Positions 36,045-49,006 of a stretch of DNA of 64,000 nucleotides are shown here, piece by piece. The position numbers were made by a program, and so were the translations under genes. How positions within the stretch are numbered: position 1 is the first letter of the stretch; the number at the start of each line of letters is the position of its first letter. Origin of the DNA: Polyangiales bacterium (lineage in GTDB: Bacteria > Myxococcota_A > Polyangia > Polyangiales > Polyangiaceae); NCBI GenBank assembly GCA_038231275.1, contig JBBRLQ010000031.1:25611-89610 (forward strand). Direction: 5' to 3'. The notes below the pieces were generated by a model. It was given only the letters and a program-made list of their open reading frames with translations, was not told the DNA's origin and did not search any database.

Positions 36045-37709
36045 TCAGGGACCAGGAGCGGGCGGCGGGGGAGCCGGCGGCGCGGGCGCAGGACCGGGCG
36101 TGATCGTGATCCCCTGCGCGCCGGGCGGCGGAGGAGCAGGAGGCTCGTCGGTCCTTTGTTTGCCGGGCTTGCCATCGTAGCAATCCCACCCCGCGGGAAG
36201 CATCGTCGAGCGCTCACATTTGGCCGTCTCGATGCCGCGCACCGACGAGAGATCGGTCCCGCTCATGTCGACGCGATCGAGGACGGCGCCGGTCATGTTC
36301 GCGTCGTCGAGCTTCGCGTTGATGAGCAGCGTGCGCGACAGATCGGCGCTCGAGAGATCGGCGCCCGCAAGGTTCGCCCAGCCGAGATCGAGGCGAGAGA
36401 GATCGGCGCCGACCAGGTTCGCCCCCGCGAGGTCGCGCTCGCCATTGCGGAGGATCGCGACCACTGCCTCGCGCCCCGCCGGAGTGGAGCGGTGCAAGCG
36501 ACGCCACGCTCCCGCCGCGCCGACGCGGCCCACGGGGTCCAGCGCGACCGACACGAGGAGCACGCCGAGGACGGAAATCGAGCGCCACCGCATCGACGAC
36601 ATCGGCACCATCAACGTCGCCGTCGCGAGCCCGGCCGCCACGACCAGCGTGAGACCGAAGACGCCGGCGGCCTCGAGGGGCAAGAGGTAGCCGGGCAGCA
36701 TCGCGCCGATCGCGAGGAGGATCCCGATGACCCCGGCCTTCGGGCGAGCGCCGATCACCGCAGCGTCGATGGGCACGTCGGATTGATAGCCGGAGGTCCG
36801 CGACGGCTTCGGCGCAGCAGGCGCGGCTGGGCGTGGCGCGGCGGCGTGCGGGCGCGCCGGTCCCGGCATCGTCACCGTGAGATCCGTGCGAATGCGATCG
36901 AGATCGGCGCGCAGCTCCGCGACGCTCTCGTGGCGCTGCTCGGGAAGGGCGGATACGGCCTTGCGGTAGACGGTGCCGAGTCCGGCCGCCTTCCCGGTGA
37001 GCTCGCGCTCCGAGGCGTCGTTCGGCTCGTGCTCGGTGACGAGGAACGCGAGGAGGTGCCCGACGCTGAGCACGTCGCTGCGGGCATCGAGGGCCGCGCC
37101 GTCCTGCGCCTCCGGCGACGCGTACGCGCCGTAGCCGAAGAACCCTTCGCGATCCCCCTCGAGCGAGTCGGACAGCGAGACCATGCCGATCTCGGAGAGC
37201 ACCGGTGCGAGCTCGTCGTCGAGGAGGACGTTGTCGGGGCAGAGCCCTCCGTGCACGAGGCCCGCGCCGTGGATGCCTTCGAGCGCGTCGCACACGCGCG
37301 CGACGAAAGAGAGCCGCTCGCGTAGGGGCCATCGCAAGACGACGAGATCGGCCGCCGTCCCGTTTGCGCACGGGTTGGACACGAAGGCTTCGACCGCTTC
37401 GGCGACCGAGTGGACGTCTTGCACACCCGTAGTCCCCGCGAGGACGATGAGCGAGCTCGCCGCGCCGAGGATGCGCGTTCGCTCGCCTTCCGTCGCGCAC
37501 GCGTCGACCACCGTCAAGGTCACGTGCTTCTCGTCGCTCTGCACCGCGTCCCACACACTCATGAGCGGGCGCTGGACGAGCTTCTTCGCAAGGCGCAGCC
37601 CGAATTTGTCGGCTGCCTTGAGAGCGCGGCCGTGATCGGCGGACCTTCGCATCGACGGCGGGAGTGACCCCGCGCGATCGCGTTCGCCAGGAGGCGGAAT
37701 GGAGAGCAT
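36045..37709 (-). CDS. Pseudokinase-domain membrane protein with C-terminal pentapeptide repeats
   Basis: Kinase C-lobe remnants HGGLCPDNVLL, SEIG, YASPE, RSDV; 3 hydrophobic segments; A(N/D)L pentapeptide run. Confidence 0.75.
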   Translation of the reverse strand: MLSIPPPGERDRAGSLPPSMRRSADHGRALKAADKFGLRLAKKLVQRPLMSVWDAVQSDEKHVTLTVVDACATEGERTRILGAASSLIVLAGTTGVQDVHSVAEAVEAFVSNPCANGTAADLVVLRWPLRERLSFVARVCDALEGIHGAGLVHGGLCPDNVLLDDELAPVLSEIGMVSLSDSLEGDREGFFGYGAYASPEAQDGAALDARSDVLSVGHLLAFLVTEHEPNDASERELTGKAAGLGTVYRKAVSALPEQRHESVAELRADLDRIRTDLTVTMPGPARPHAAAPRPAAPAAPKPSRTSGYQSDVPIDAAVIGARPKAGVIGILLAIGAMLPGYLLPLEAAGVFGLTLVVAAGLATATLMVPMSSMRWRSISVLGVLLVSVALDPVGRVGAAGAWRRLHRSTPAGREAVVAILRNGERDLAGANLVGADLSRLDLGWANLAGADLSSADLSRTLLINAKLDDANMTGAVLDRVDMSGTDLSSVRGIETAKCERSTMLPAGWDCYDGKPGKQRTDEPPAPPPPGAQGITITPGPAPAPPAPPPPAPGP

Positions 37710-37825
37710 CAACAAGACCCTCGGCCAGCGAATTTAGGTCCAGCGAGGCGCACGCACCAGTTGTATGTTCTCAAGTGGCTGTCTCGCATTTCGACGCAGC
37801 TGTTTCGCAATCGCTTGGAGGCTGG

Positions 37826-38611
37826 ATGGCGGACCCGAAGTCGCGCTCGAACCCCCCGAAGTCGCGCTCGGTGCCGCCGAAGCGGCGCTCGATGCCGCCG
37901 CAGCCGCCCGCCGGCTCTCGCATGCCGCGCCCGATCGCCTCGATCGCCGGCGCGCCGAAGGGGCGCTTGCGAAAGATCGATCCGTCCGCGAACGCTCCGG
38001 CGCCCGCTCCGAAGCCGACGCGCGAGGACGCAGGGCCGCCGCCGCTCCCGCCCGCGAAGAGGCGTTCGCTCCCGCCGAAAGCGCGGTCGCTTCCTCCCAA
38101 GGCTCCGTCTCTCGCACCGACCGCGCTCATCCTTCCGAAGGGCCCGGCGGCCTTCGTCATGGAAGAGCCGAAGCGACGCTCGATCGTCCCTACTTCGACG
38201 CCCGACGACACGGGCAGCGAGGCCCCTTCCATCCTGGTCGTCGACGACGACGACGCCGCGCGACGCCTCATCGTTCGCGCGCTCCGCACGCTCTACACGG
38301 TCTACGAAGCCGCCGACGGTGAAGAGGCGGTCCGCGTCCTCGAGCGCGTCCCGCCCGTCGCATGCGTCGTCACCGACATCATGATGCCGCGCGTGGACGG
38401 CGTGATGCTCGCCAAGAAGATGCGCGCCGATCCGCGCCTCAAGTCGGTCCCCGTCGTCTTCGTGACCGGGCGCGGCGCCGCCGGCAGCGTCCTCGACGGA
38501 ATCAACGTCGGCGCGAAGTTCTACATCCAGAAGCCCTTCAAGGTGAAAGACCTGGTGGAGAAGGTGCGGACGGTGGTGCTGACGACCGCGGGGTCGAGCG
38601 CGCCACGCTGA
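37826..38611 (+). CDS. Response regulator receiver protein with N-terminal RSxPP-repeat region
   Basis: ILVVDDD, TDIMMP..DG, FVTG, YIQKPF; start re-picked at 37826. Confidence 0.85.
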   Translation: MADPKSRSNPPKSRSVPPKRRSMPPQPPAGSRMPRPIASIAGAPKGRLRKIDPSANAPAPAPKPTREDAGPPPLPPAKRRSLPPKARSLPPKAPSLAPTALILPKGPAAFVMEEPKRRSIVPTSTPDDTGSEAPSILVVDDDDAARRLIVRALRTLYTVYEAADGEEAVRVLERVPPVACVVTDIMMPRVDGVMLAKKMRADPRLKSVPVVFVTGRGAAGSVLDGINVGAKFYIQKPFKVKDLVEKVRTVVLTTAGSSAPR

Positions 38612-38631
38612 GGACCACGAGGACGGGCTCG

Positions 38632-39186
38632 TCACTCCTCAGGGTTCACTTCGGCGATGATCGGCGACGTGTTGATGACGCCCGCCTGCACCTTGCCGTT
38701 CAGCTGGAACGTCGAGAAGACACCGTTGCCGTTCAGATCGCCGTTCGCCGTGATCGAGTAGGCGCCGGCCGTCGACGTCGTGTTGCTCGCCGTGTACTGA
38801 TACGAAAAATACTGGGGCTGCTCGAGGGAGAACTTGAGGCAGTTCCACCCCGGATCGCCTGACCAGTCGGAGACCTTCGATTGGTACTTCGCGGACGCGG
38901 GCGGCGTCGCAGGCACGGCGGACGACGACGCGCACAGCTTCCGAAGGAGCGGGCTCGATTGCTTCGCCGCCATGACGGACGTCCCGCCGGTCTCACGCTC
39001 GAAGGCGATCTGCGCGTCGTGCTGGATCTGTCCGAGGGCGTTGCGCGCCTCGGTGGTCTTGGAGTTCGCGATGTACTTGCGCACTCCGTAGATCGCCAGG
39101 ACCGCGAGGATCCCGACGATGGCCACGACGATCATCATCTCGACGAGGGTGAAACCCCTGCGAATCCTTCGCACACCTGCGCTCAT
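38632..39186 (-). CDS. Type IV pilin (PilA-like)
   Basis: Prepilin site RRG|FTLVEMMIVVAIVGILA, KTTEAR, one Cys pair, GDLNGNG; start 39186. Confidence 0.9.
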   Translation of the reverse strand: MSAGVRRIRRGFTLVEMMIVVAIVGILAVLAIYGVRKYIANSKTTEARNALGQIQHDAQIAFERETGGTSVMAAKQSSPLLRKLCASSSAVPATPPASAKYQSKVSDWSGDPGWNCLKFSLEQPQYFSYQYTASNTTSTAGAYSITANGDLNGNGVFSTFQLNGKVQAGVINTSPIIAEVNPEE

Positions 39187-39303
39187 TTGGCCCCGTGACA
39201 CGTCGCGAGTTGAGAGATGAAAGGCTAGCCCTACGGACGCAGTACGGCTACTTTCGCGTCCCATCGTTGCATGTGCACGTGCAGCGCAGCCGTCGAGGAA
39301 GCC

Positions 39304-41280
<1,977 letters not shown>

Positions 41281-41400
41281 CGGGCGAGACCGAGGATCGT
41301 CCGATCCACGCGGGCTGGCCGAGCTTTCCTCCACGGTGAAAAGTTCGGCTGCCGGCACCATTGCTCGCATGGATTCCAGCGGTTAGGCGCGCGTCATTTG

Positions 41401-41416
41401 CGGCACGCGGGGTGCA
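41401..41416 (+). promoter_or_regulatory. Putative sigma54 -24/-12 promoter
   Basis: CGGCACGCGGGGTGCA (GG-N10-GC), predicted +1 about 11 nt before the kinase ATG. Confidence 0.5.
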
Positions 41417-41437
41417 AAACTGCACCGTACGAACCCC

Positions 41438-42877
41438 ATGGGAGCCCTGCCGAGACCGAAGCTGGACCCCGAGGCGACAACCACCTACACGCCGTCCCCC
41501 GGACGCGCGTTCATGGGCGCGACGCTCGGCGGCAAGTACGAGGTGACCGGCATCCTCGGCGTCGGCGGGATGGGCGTCGTCTGCGAGGCGCGCCACACGC
41601 AGCTCGGCGGCAAGCGCTTCGCGGTGAAGCTCGTGCAGCGCTACTTCGCCGGATCGGAGCTCGCGGCCGCGCGCTTCCGCCGCGAGGTCCGTGCGATCGC
41701 CGCGGTGGAGAGCGAGCACATCGTCCAAGTCACCGACGTCGGCACCGACGAGCAGTTCGGCCTCTTCATGGTGATGGAGCACCTCCAGGGCGAGGATCTC
41801 GCGACGCACCTCCACCGCGTGAAGCGTCTCCCGACGATCGACGCGCTCAAGATCGCCCACCAGATCGCGCGGGGCCTCGGCGCGGCGCACGCGGCGAACA
41901 TCATCCACCGTGACTTGAAGCCCGGGAACGTCTTCTTGATCCCGCGCGAGAACGGCGTGCCGTTCGTGAAGATTTTCGACTTCGGGATCTCCAAGATGAT
42001 GGGCGATCCGGACAAATCGGGGACGTGGTCGGCCGATCTCACGGGCGTCGGGATGCCGGTCGGGACGCCGCAGTACATGTCGCCGGAGCAGGCGCAGGGC
42101 GCCGACGATCTCGATCCGCGCACGGACGTGTGGGCGCTGGGCGCCGTGCTGTTCGAGATGCTGGCCGGGCGATCGCCGTACGAGCCGAAGGGGCGCGCCC
42201 ACCACACGATGATGCGCGTCATGACCGAGCGCGCGCCGCGCCTCGAGCAGGTGGCGCCGTGGGTTCCGCCGGCGGTCGCGCGCGTCGTGAACGCCGCGCT
42301 CGAGCGCGATCGCGATCGCCGCATCCCCGACTGCGAGAGCTTCGCTGATCTGCTCGCGCAGGCGATCCCCGCCGCGTTCCGCACGTCGAGCGCGCCGCGC
42401 GCGCGAACCGACGAGGAAGTCACGCGCGTGGCGCCGAACCCGACCTCGCCCGGCTCGAGCTCGAACCCGTCGATCGACGTGCACGTCTCGATCGCGTCGA
42501 TGGGCGCGGTGCACGGCTACACGCCCGCGAGCGTCCGCCCGCCGATGCCGACGACGCCGATCCCCGAGCAGCTCTCGCCGTACCCGACTCCCCTCCCCGA
42601 CGCGCCGCGCGGCCCGTCGTCGCACGTGCGCTTCGCCAAAGAGATCGGCGAAGAGCGCACCGTCGTAATCGATCTCCCGCCCTCGTCGCTCACTTCGGCG
42701 ACGCCGATGCCGACGCAAGCCCCCGCGCGCGCCGCGCAACGCCGCAGCGGACGCGGGCTCGTCGGAATGCTGGCGCTGTCGATGGCGCTCGCAGCCGCAG
42801 CCATCGTCGGAGGGCACGCGGTGAAGGGTCGCCTCCCGGCGCTCCTCAGCTACGCGGCGGCACCCGTCTCGCGCTGA
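41438..42877 (+). CDS. Hanks-type Ser/Thr protein kinase with C-terminal TM helix
   Basis: GVGGMG, FAVK, HRDLKPGN, DFG, GTPQYMSPE, DVW. Confidence 0.93.
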   Translation: MGALPRPKLDPEATTTYTPSPGRAFMGATLGGKYEVTGILGVGGMGVVCEARHTQLGGKRFAVKLVQRYFAGSELAAARFRREVRAIAAVESEHIVQVTDVGTDEQFGLFMVMEHLQGEDLATHLHRVKRLPTIDALKIAHQIARGLGAAHAANIIHRDLKPGNVFLIPRENGVPFVKIFDFGISKMMGDPDKSGTWSADLTGVGMPVGTPQYMSPEQAQGADDLDPRTDVWALGAVLFEMLAGRSPYEPKGRAHHTMMRVMTERAPRLEQVAPWVPPAVARVVNAALERDRDRRIPDCESFADLLAQAIPAAFRTSSAPRARTDEEVTRVAPNPTSPGSSSNPSIDVHVSIASMGAVHGYTPASVRPPMPTTPIPEQLSPYPTPLPDAPRGPSSHVRFAKEIGEERTVVIDLPPSSLTSATPMPTQAPARAAQRRSGRGLVGMLALSMALAAAAIVGGHAVKGRLPALLSYAAAPVSR

Positions 42878-42900
42878 TCCGGCTGTTTTTCCCGCGCCCA

Positions 42901-42928
42901 TGGACGCGGAGCGACGATGGGTTATAAT
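42901..42928 (+). promoter_or_regulatory. Putative sigma70-type promoter
   Basis: TGGACG-N16-TATAAT; a perfect -10 box is rare in such GC-rich DNA; ATG 12 nt downstream. Confidence 0.55.
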
Positions 42929-42940
42929 TCGGTTAGACCG

Positions 42941-43375
42941 ATGCCCCGCAAGCCCCGACCCGCCAAGCACATTGTCGCGTTCAAGGTGGAGCCCGAGCTC
43001 GCGGCCCTGCTCGACGCGATGCCGAACAAGAGCGAGTTCATCCGGGCGGCGGTGCAAGGTCGGCTGGCCACGGCGTGCCCACTCTGTCGCGGGAGCGGTG
43101 TCGCGCCGTACGGCGGCGTGGGCGACGAGCTGACCAAACTCGTTCAGCAGCACCCGCTCTGCGTATGCGCTGGCTGCGGCGTGAAAGAGCCGCGCCCGTG
43201 CCACACGCCGGGCCACTGCGACGCGGATCCGCGCGTCGAGGCGTTCGAGCGATGGGGCGTCTTCTACTGCGAAGCATGCAGCGGTCAGGTGGCCTTCTGC
43301 ACGGCGTGCCACAAGCCGCTCGGCCGCGGGAAGAAGAAACTGACGTCGCGCTGCGACGACTGCAAAGCCGCCTGA
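42941..43375 (+). CDS. Ribbon-helix-helix-like protein with Cys-rich zinc-finger C-terminus
   Basis: IVAFKVEPELAALLD..NKSEFIRAAV (RHH pattern); 13 Cys including five CxxC. Confidence 0.75.
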   Translation: MPRKPRPAKHIVAFKVEPELAALLDAMPNKSEFIRAAVQGRLATACPLCRGSGVAPYGGVGDELTKLVQQHPLCVCAGCGVKEPRPCHTPGHCDADPRVEAFERWGVFYCEACSGQVAFCTACHKPLGRGKKKLTSRCDDCKAA

Positions 43376-43391
43376 CCCGGCGCGGTCAGGC
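43370..43391. terminator. Stem-loop at the end of the RHH gene (possible terminator)
   Basis: GCCTGACC-6 nt loop-GGTCAGGC; no U-tract. Confidence 0.35.
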
Positions 43392-43551
43392 TCGAACCCT
43401 GCGAAGACCGACGGCACCCCGTGCTCGGTCGGCGCGTGCAAGACGGGCGTTTGCACAACTCGCTTGTAGCAGCCAAGCGCGGTCGAGCACTGTTGGAACC
43501 GCTGAGTCGCTCGTGAATGCAGGCGCAGACGTCGCCGATGCTGACCCGGCA

Positions 43552-45303
43552 CTATCGCCCGGTGCCACGTCGGTCGGCGGCGCGTCGAAGGGCCACCGCT
43601 GCGCCGATCGCCGCAACCGCGAACGCCAGCCACGCGAGGAGCGACGTGCTCTTCGGTGGCGGCGCGGGCGGCGCAGGCGGCGCGTCCAGGATCGCGACCA
43701 ACTCGGCGCGCGCGTCGAGCCACGCGCGGCCGCGATCGGGCCATGACGCGCGCTTTCCGGCGCCGGCGAGGGCGCTCGGGATCACGCGCCGCACGATCGC
43801 GTCGGCGGCCTCCGGATCCGTCGCGCGCGCCGCGTCGATGTAGGCCGTGTCCTGTACGCCGCGGCGGAGGTTCTTGAGGCGTACCGACGGAAGGACGGCC
43901 GTAAGATCGAGATCGCGCATCCCCTTCGTGCGTTGCCGGCCGGGGTAGACGAGGATGCCGTCGCCGTTCGCGTAGTCGCCGTCCGCGTTGTGGAATGTTT
44001 CGGCGACCTCGAAAGGATCGAAGCCGTCGGGCTTGCCGCGCCCGCCGCGGTTGTCGTCGAACCAGTACATCGACTCCCAGTAAAACCAGCGGTCGACGCC
44101 GTAGCGCGCGGCGATCCAGGCGTTCGCGCGCAGGTCGACCGCCGGGACGTCGAGCATCATCGGCCCTGCGTAGGGGCGCTGGCCGTTGTAGGCCCACACC
44201 CATTTTCCCGCCGCCTTCGCCGCGCGCGCGCGACCCGGCTCGTAGTCGGGCGCCGTCATCATCACGAGATCGGCCTTCTGCGCCGTCGGATCGTCTCCGC
44301 ACGTCGCGCCGACGCGTACGTCATGCATCGCGTCCGAGCCGGCGAAGAGCGCGCGCCACTCGGCCGGCCACGAGCTCTTGCAGTCCTCGTCGACGGCGTA
44401 GACGAAGATCTGTGTATCTTGCATGCGACCGGCACCACGCAGGCGCGACGCGAACGCTTCGGCGACGGCGAGGCTCGACGGGCTCGGCGCGCGGAGGCCG
44501 CCGTACGCGCCGATCGCGAAGACGCCCTCTCCCTTCCCTTCGCCGGGGCCTACGTAGCCCTGCCCCGGCGTGTAGAGCTCGCCGGACAGCGCGCGATCGT
44601 CGAGGTCCATTTCGCGCGCGTCGTGCAGCTCGCGAAACGTGCTGAGGTGGTGCGCGTGCATCAATTGGCGGAGCTCGATCTCGGCGGCGCGATCGCCCAT
44701 TCGCCGTTCGAGGTTCGCTGGCTCGTAGAAGACCATCGTCTTCGCGGCCGCCCAGGGCATGTCGCGATCGAGGACGCGCAGGCGCACCGGGCGCGCGGCG
44801 ATCGCCCCCTCCGCGCTCGCGACGTGGAGCATCGAGGTGTACGTGCCGGGCGGCGCGCCGGAGGGAACCGTGACGTCGATCCACAGCGCCGCGCGCCCCG
44901 TCGTGTGCGTGAGCTCGGCGTCGCCCGGGACGAGCGCGTCGGCGAGCCAACCGGTCAGCTGCTTCGGATCGGGCGCGGCCGCGGCGGTGAACGCGAGCGA
45001 GCCGGGCTCACGCTCGTTTCCGCTCGGACGTTTCACGTGGACGAAGTGCTCGGCGAAGACCTCCACCCGCGCGTCGAGGGCCGTCGCGCCGTCCACGAAC
45101 GGCGTCACCGTCGCGTGGACGCCGTGCAGAGGAGTCTCCGACGTGACGACCGCCTGAACCGCCACCGTCTCGCCGCGCATCGCGAACAGGCTCACTTCGG
45201 CAGGCCATGGCGACGGTGGCAGCGCGTGGTCCACGTCGCGCGCGACCTTCTCCCCGTCGTCGAGCACGACCAGCAGCGCGGCGAGCGCGAGGGCCTGGAC
45301 CAT
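43552..45303 (-). CDS. DUF4091 / GH123-like exported protein with C-terminal membrane anchor
   Basis: RGETVAVQ, W.ADALVP, LWID, DE, NGDGILVYPG, PSVRLKNLRRGVQD; C-terminal TM. Confidence 0.7.
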   Translation of the reverse strand: MVQALALAALLVVLDDGEKVARDVDHALPPSPWPAEVSLFAMRGETVAVQAVVTSETPLHGVHATVTPFVDGATALDARVEVFAEHFVHVKRPSGNEREPGSLAFTAAAAPDPKQLTGWLADALVPGDAELTHTTGRAALWIDVTVPSGAPPGTYTSMLHVASAEGAIAARPVRLRVLDRDMPWAAAKTMVFYEPANLERRMGDRAAEIELRQLMHAHHLSTFRELHDAREMDLDDRALSGELYTPGQGYVGPGEGKGEGVFAIGAYGGLRAPSPSSLAVAEAFASRLRGAGRMQDTQIFVYAVDEDCKSSWPAEWRALFAGSDAMHDVRVGATCGDDPTAQKADLVMMTAPDYEPGRARAAKAAGKWVWAYNGQRPYAGPMMLDVPAVDLRANAWIAARYGVDRWFYWESMYWFDDNRGGRGKPDGFDPFEVAETFHNADGDYANGDGILVYPGRQRTKGMRDLDLTAVLPSVRLKNLRRGVQDTAYIDAARATDPEAADAIVRRVIPSALAGAGKRASWPDRGRAWLDARAELVAILDAPPAPPAPPPKSTSLLAWLAFAVAAIGAAVALRRAADRRGTGR

Positions 45304-45383
45304 CCTCCTTCATCCTACAGATTTGGTCGGTCGCTCCACGAAATTTGGCCCGGCGTGATCGGCTCTGGTACCGCAAAGATGCC

Positions 45384-45662
45384 ATGACGTCGATCACCGA
45401 GAAGAAGCTGGTCACGGACCGCGTCAAGCGGCTCCTCGGCACCCTGGGCGACTTCGGCTATCTCGAGGTGCGCCTGCACGGCCCGCACATCGTCATCGGT
45501 CCGCCGAACGGCTTCCTCGCGCGCCTCACCGCGCTCGGGCCGGACACGTTTGGCCTCTCCTTCCGCGCGCACGAGGGCGGCTGGGAGCCGATGCTCCTCG
45601 TCGACACGCTCGACGAGGTCGTGCACGGCATTACCGCGGCGATCGAAGCCCCCGCGGCGTGA
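45384..45662 (+). CDS. Small hypothetical protein
   Basis: 92 aa, typical codon bias, ARLT...F.L.F...GGWEP; start re-picked at 45384. Confidence 0.65.
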   Translation: MTSITEKKLVTDRVKRLLGTLGDFGYLEVRLHGPHIVIGPPNGFLARLTALGPDTFGLSFRAHEGGWEPMLLVDTLDEVVHGITAAIEAPAA

Positions 45663-45666
45663 GTCA

Positions 45667-46662
45667 CTATCCTCCGCGCAGAAGGGCGAGGAGCGACGGC
45701 GGGACTTCGGAGAGCGCGCCTTCCAGGAGCGGGGCCATCGGGGCGCTCGAGAGAGTGTGCCAGTAGAGGACGACCTTCTCGCGGCCGCCTTCGAGGACGT
45801 CGAGCGCCGCGGCGAACGACTTCGCGGTGTACGTCGCGTCCAGCGTGAGGCCGGCGTCCTTCGCGAGCGTGATCGCGCGGGCGCCTTCGTCGGTCGCGTA
45901 TCCGTAGCCGCGGCCGAGCCAGCGGTTCGTCGTGGTGAGCCTCGCCGCGAGATCGCCTCGCGACACCGAACCGCCCGCGCGAGCGACGCACGCGCGCGCG
46001 AGGTGATGCGTGTACCATGCAAATACCGCGGTCGGGCCGACGACGGAGACCCCGAGCACGCGCGTCTTCATTCCCTCGAGCGCGAAGCCGGCGGCGAGCC
46101 CCGCCGCGGTCCCGCCGGAGCCAAGCGTCACGACGACGAGATCGGGCTCGGGGAGCTGGCCCGATCGAACCTGCGCCGACAGCTCGCGCGCGCCGTCGAC
46201 GTAGCCCATCGCGCCGAGCACGCTCGAGCCGCCGACCTGTACGAAATACGTTTCTTTCCGGTACCGCCGTCCTAGCGCAAACGGCACGAGCGCCTCCCGC
46301 GTCGCGCTCGCATCGAGCCCCAACGCGAGCTCGGCGCGCAAATTCACGAGCGCGTGCTCGGTGCGTGGCTGAGGAACGAGCACCGCGCGCACGCGAAACC
46401 CGTTGCGTGCCCCATAAAGAGCCGTCGCCAGGACGTGGTGACTCCCCACCGCTCCCGCGGTCAGGAGCTCCGTCTTGCCACGGGCCCGCGCGTCGCCGAG
46501 GACGTACTCGAGCTTCCGTACTTTGTTGCCGCCGTACGCGGGCGCCGTCAAATCGTCGCGCTTCACCCAAAGCGACGCGCCCGGCCGGGATAGCGTCGGC
46601 AGCGGCTCCACCGGCGTCGGATAGTCGCCGAGGAAGACCCGGCTCGTCGCGTCAGGCCTCAT
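45667..46662 (-). CDS. PLP-dependent D-cysteine desulfhydrase / ACC deaminase family enzyme
   Basis: PTP, WVKRDD, GGNKVRKLE, SHH, GSGGT, LDATYTAK, WHT; RBS AAGGAGG; D/T pattern favours D-cysteine desulfhydrase. Confidence 0.88.
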   Translation of the reverse strand: MRPDATSRVFLGDYPTPVEPLPTLSRPGASLWVKRDDLTAPAYGGNKVRKLEYVLGDARARGKTELLTAGAVGSHHVLATALYGARNGFRVRAVLVPQPRTEHALVNLRAELALGLDASATREALVPFALGRRYRKETYFVQVGGSSVLGAMGYVDGARELSAQVRSGQLPEPDLVVVTLGSGGTAAGLAAGFALEGMKTRVLGVSVVGPTAVFAWYTHHLARACVARAGGSVSRGDLAARLTTTNRWLGRGYGYATDEGARAITLAKDAGLTLDATYTAKSFAAALDVLEGGREKVVLYWHTLSSAPMAPLLEGALSEVPPSLLALLRGG

Positions 46663-46727
46663 CGAAGCCTCCTTTGTATATCCGGCCTTGCACTCTCCAG
46701 GCAGGTGATTAGAAGCCATCCGAGCCC

Positions 46728-48641
<1,914 letters not shown>

Positions 48642-48659
48642 GCGCGCTCGTTTTCTTCT

Positions 48660-48860
48660 TCACGGCGCGACGGGGACGAGCGGCGCCTTCTCGACGACGG
48701 GGTGCTGCTCGATGACGATCGAGCGCGCCTGACGCGGCGCCATGTGCGACGTGGCGGGCGGCGGCGAGAAGGGGCGATGGTGGCGGCCGAGCGCGACCGC
48801 AGACACCGAGATCAACGCGGCGAACGTTCCGATGGCGACGTAACGGGTGATGGGGGCCAT
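48660..48860 (-). CDS. Small hypothetical exported/membrane peptide
   Basis: 66 aa with hydrophobic N-terminus; fills the gap; weak support. Confidence 0.4.
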   Translation of the reverse strand: MAPITRYVAIGTFAALISVSAVALGRHHRPFSPPPATSHMAPRQARSIVIEQHPVVEKAPLVPVAP

Positions 48861-49006
48861 GGCGTCCCCTACTCCAAACATCGTGCCGCGCGTGATTTCA
48901 GCCCTTCTGAGCGTGGTCCACGTGCGGGTCGACGCACGCTGTCCCGTCGGCGCGGCGCCAGGGGGAGCTTCTGCCCTGGCACCGCGATTTCACGTGAATG
49001 CGTCGT

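Noticed and set aside
43298..43312. CTACH as a heme c site in the RHH protein
   Set aside because: No export signal; it is one of several CxxC zinc-type knuckles
43386..43402. Minus-strand GGTTCGAGCC resembling a tRNA T-loop
   Set aside because: No acceptor stem, D-arm or anticodon arm could be built
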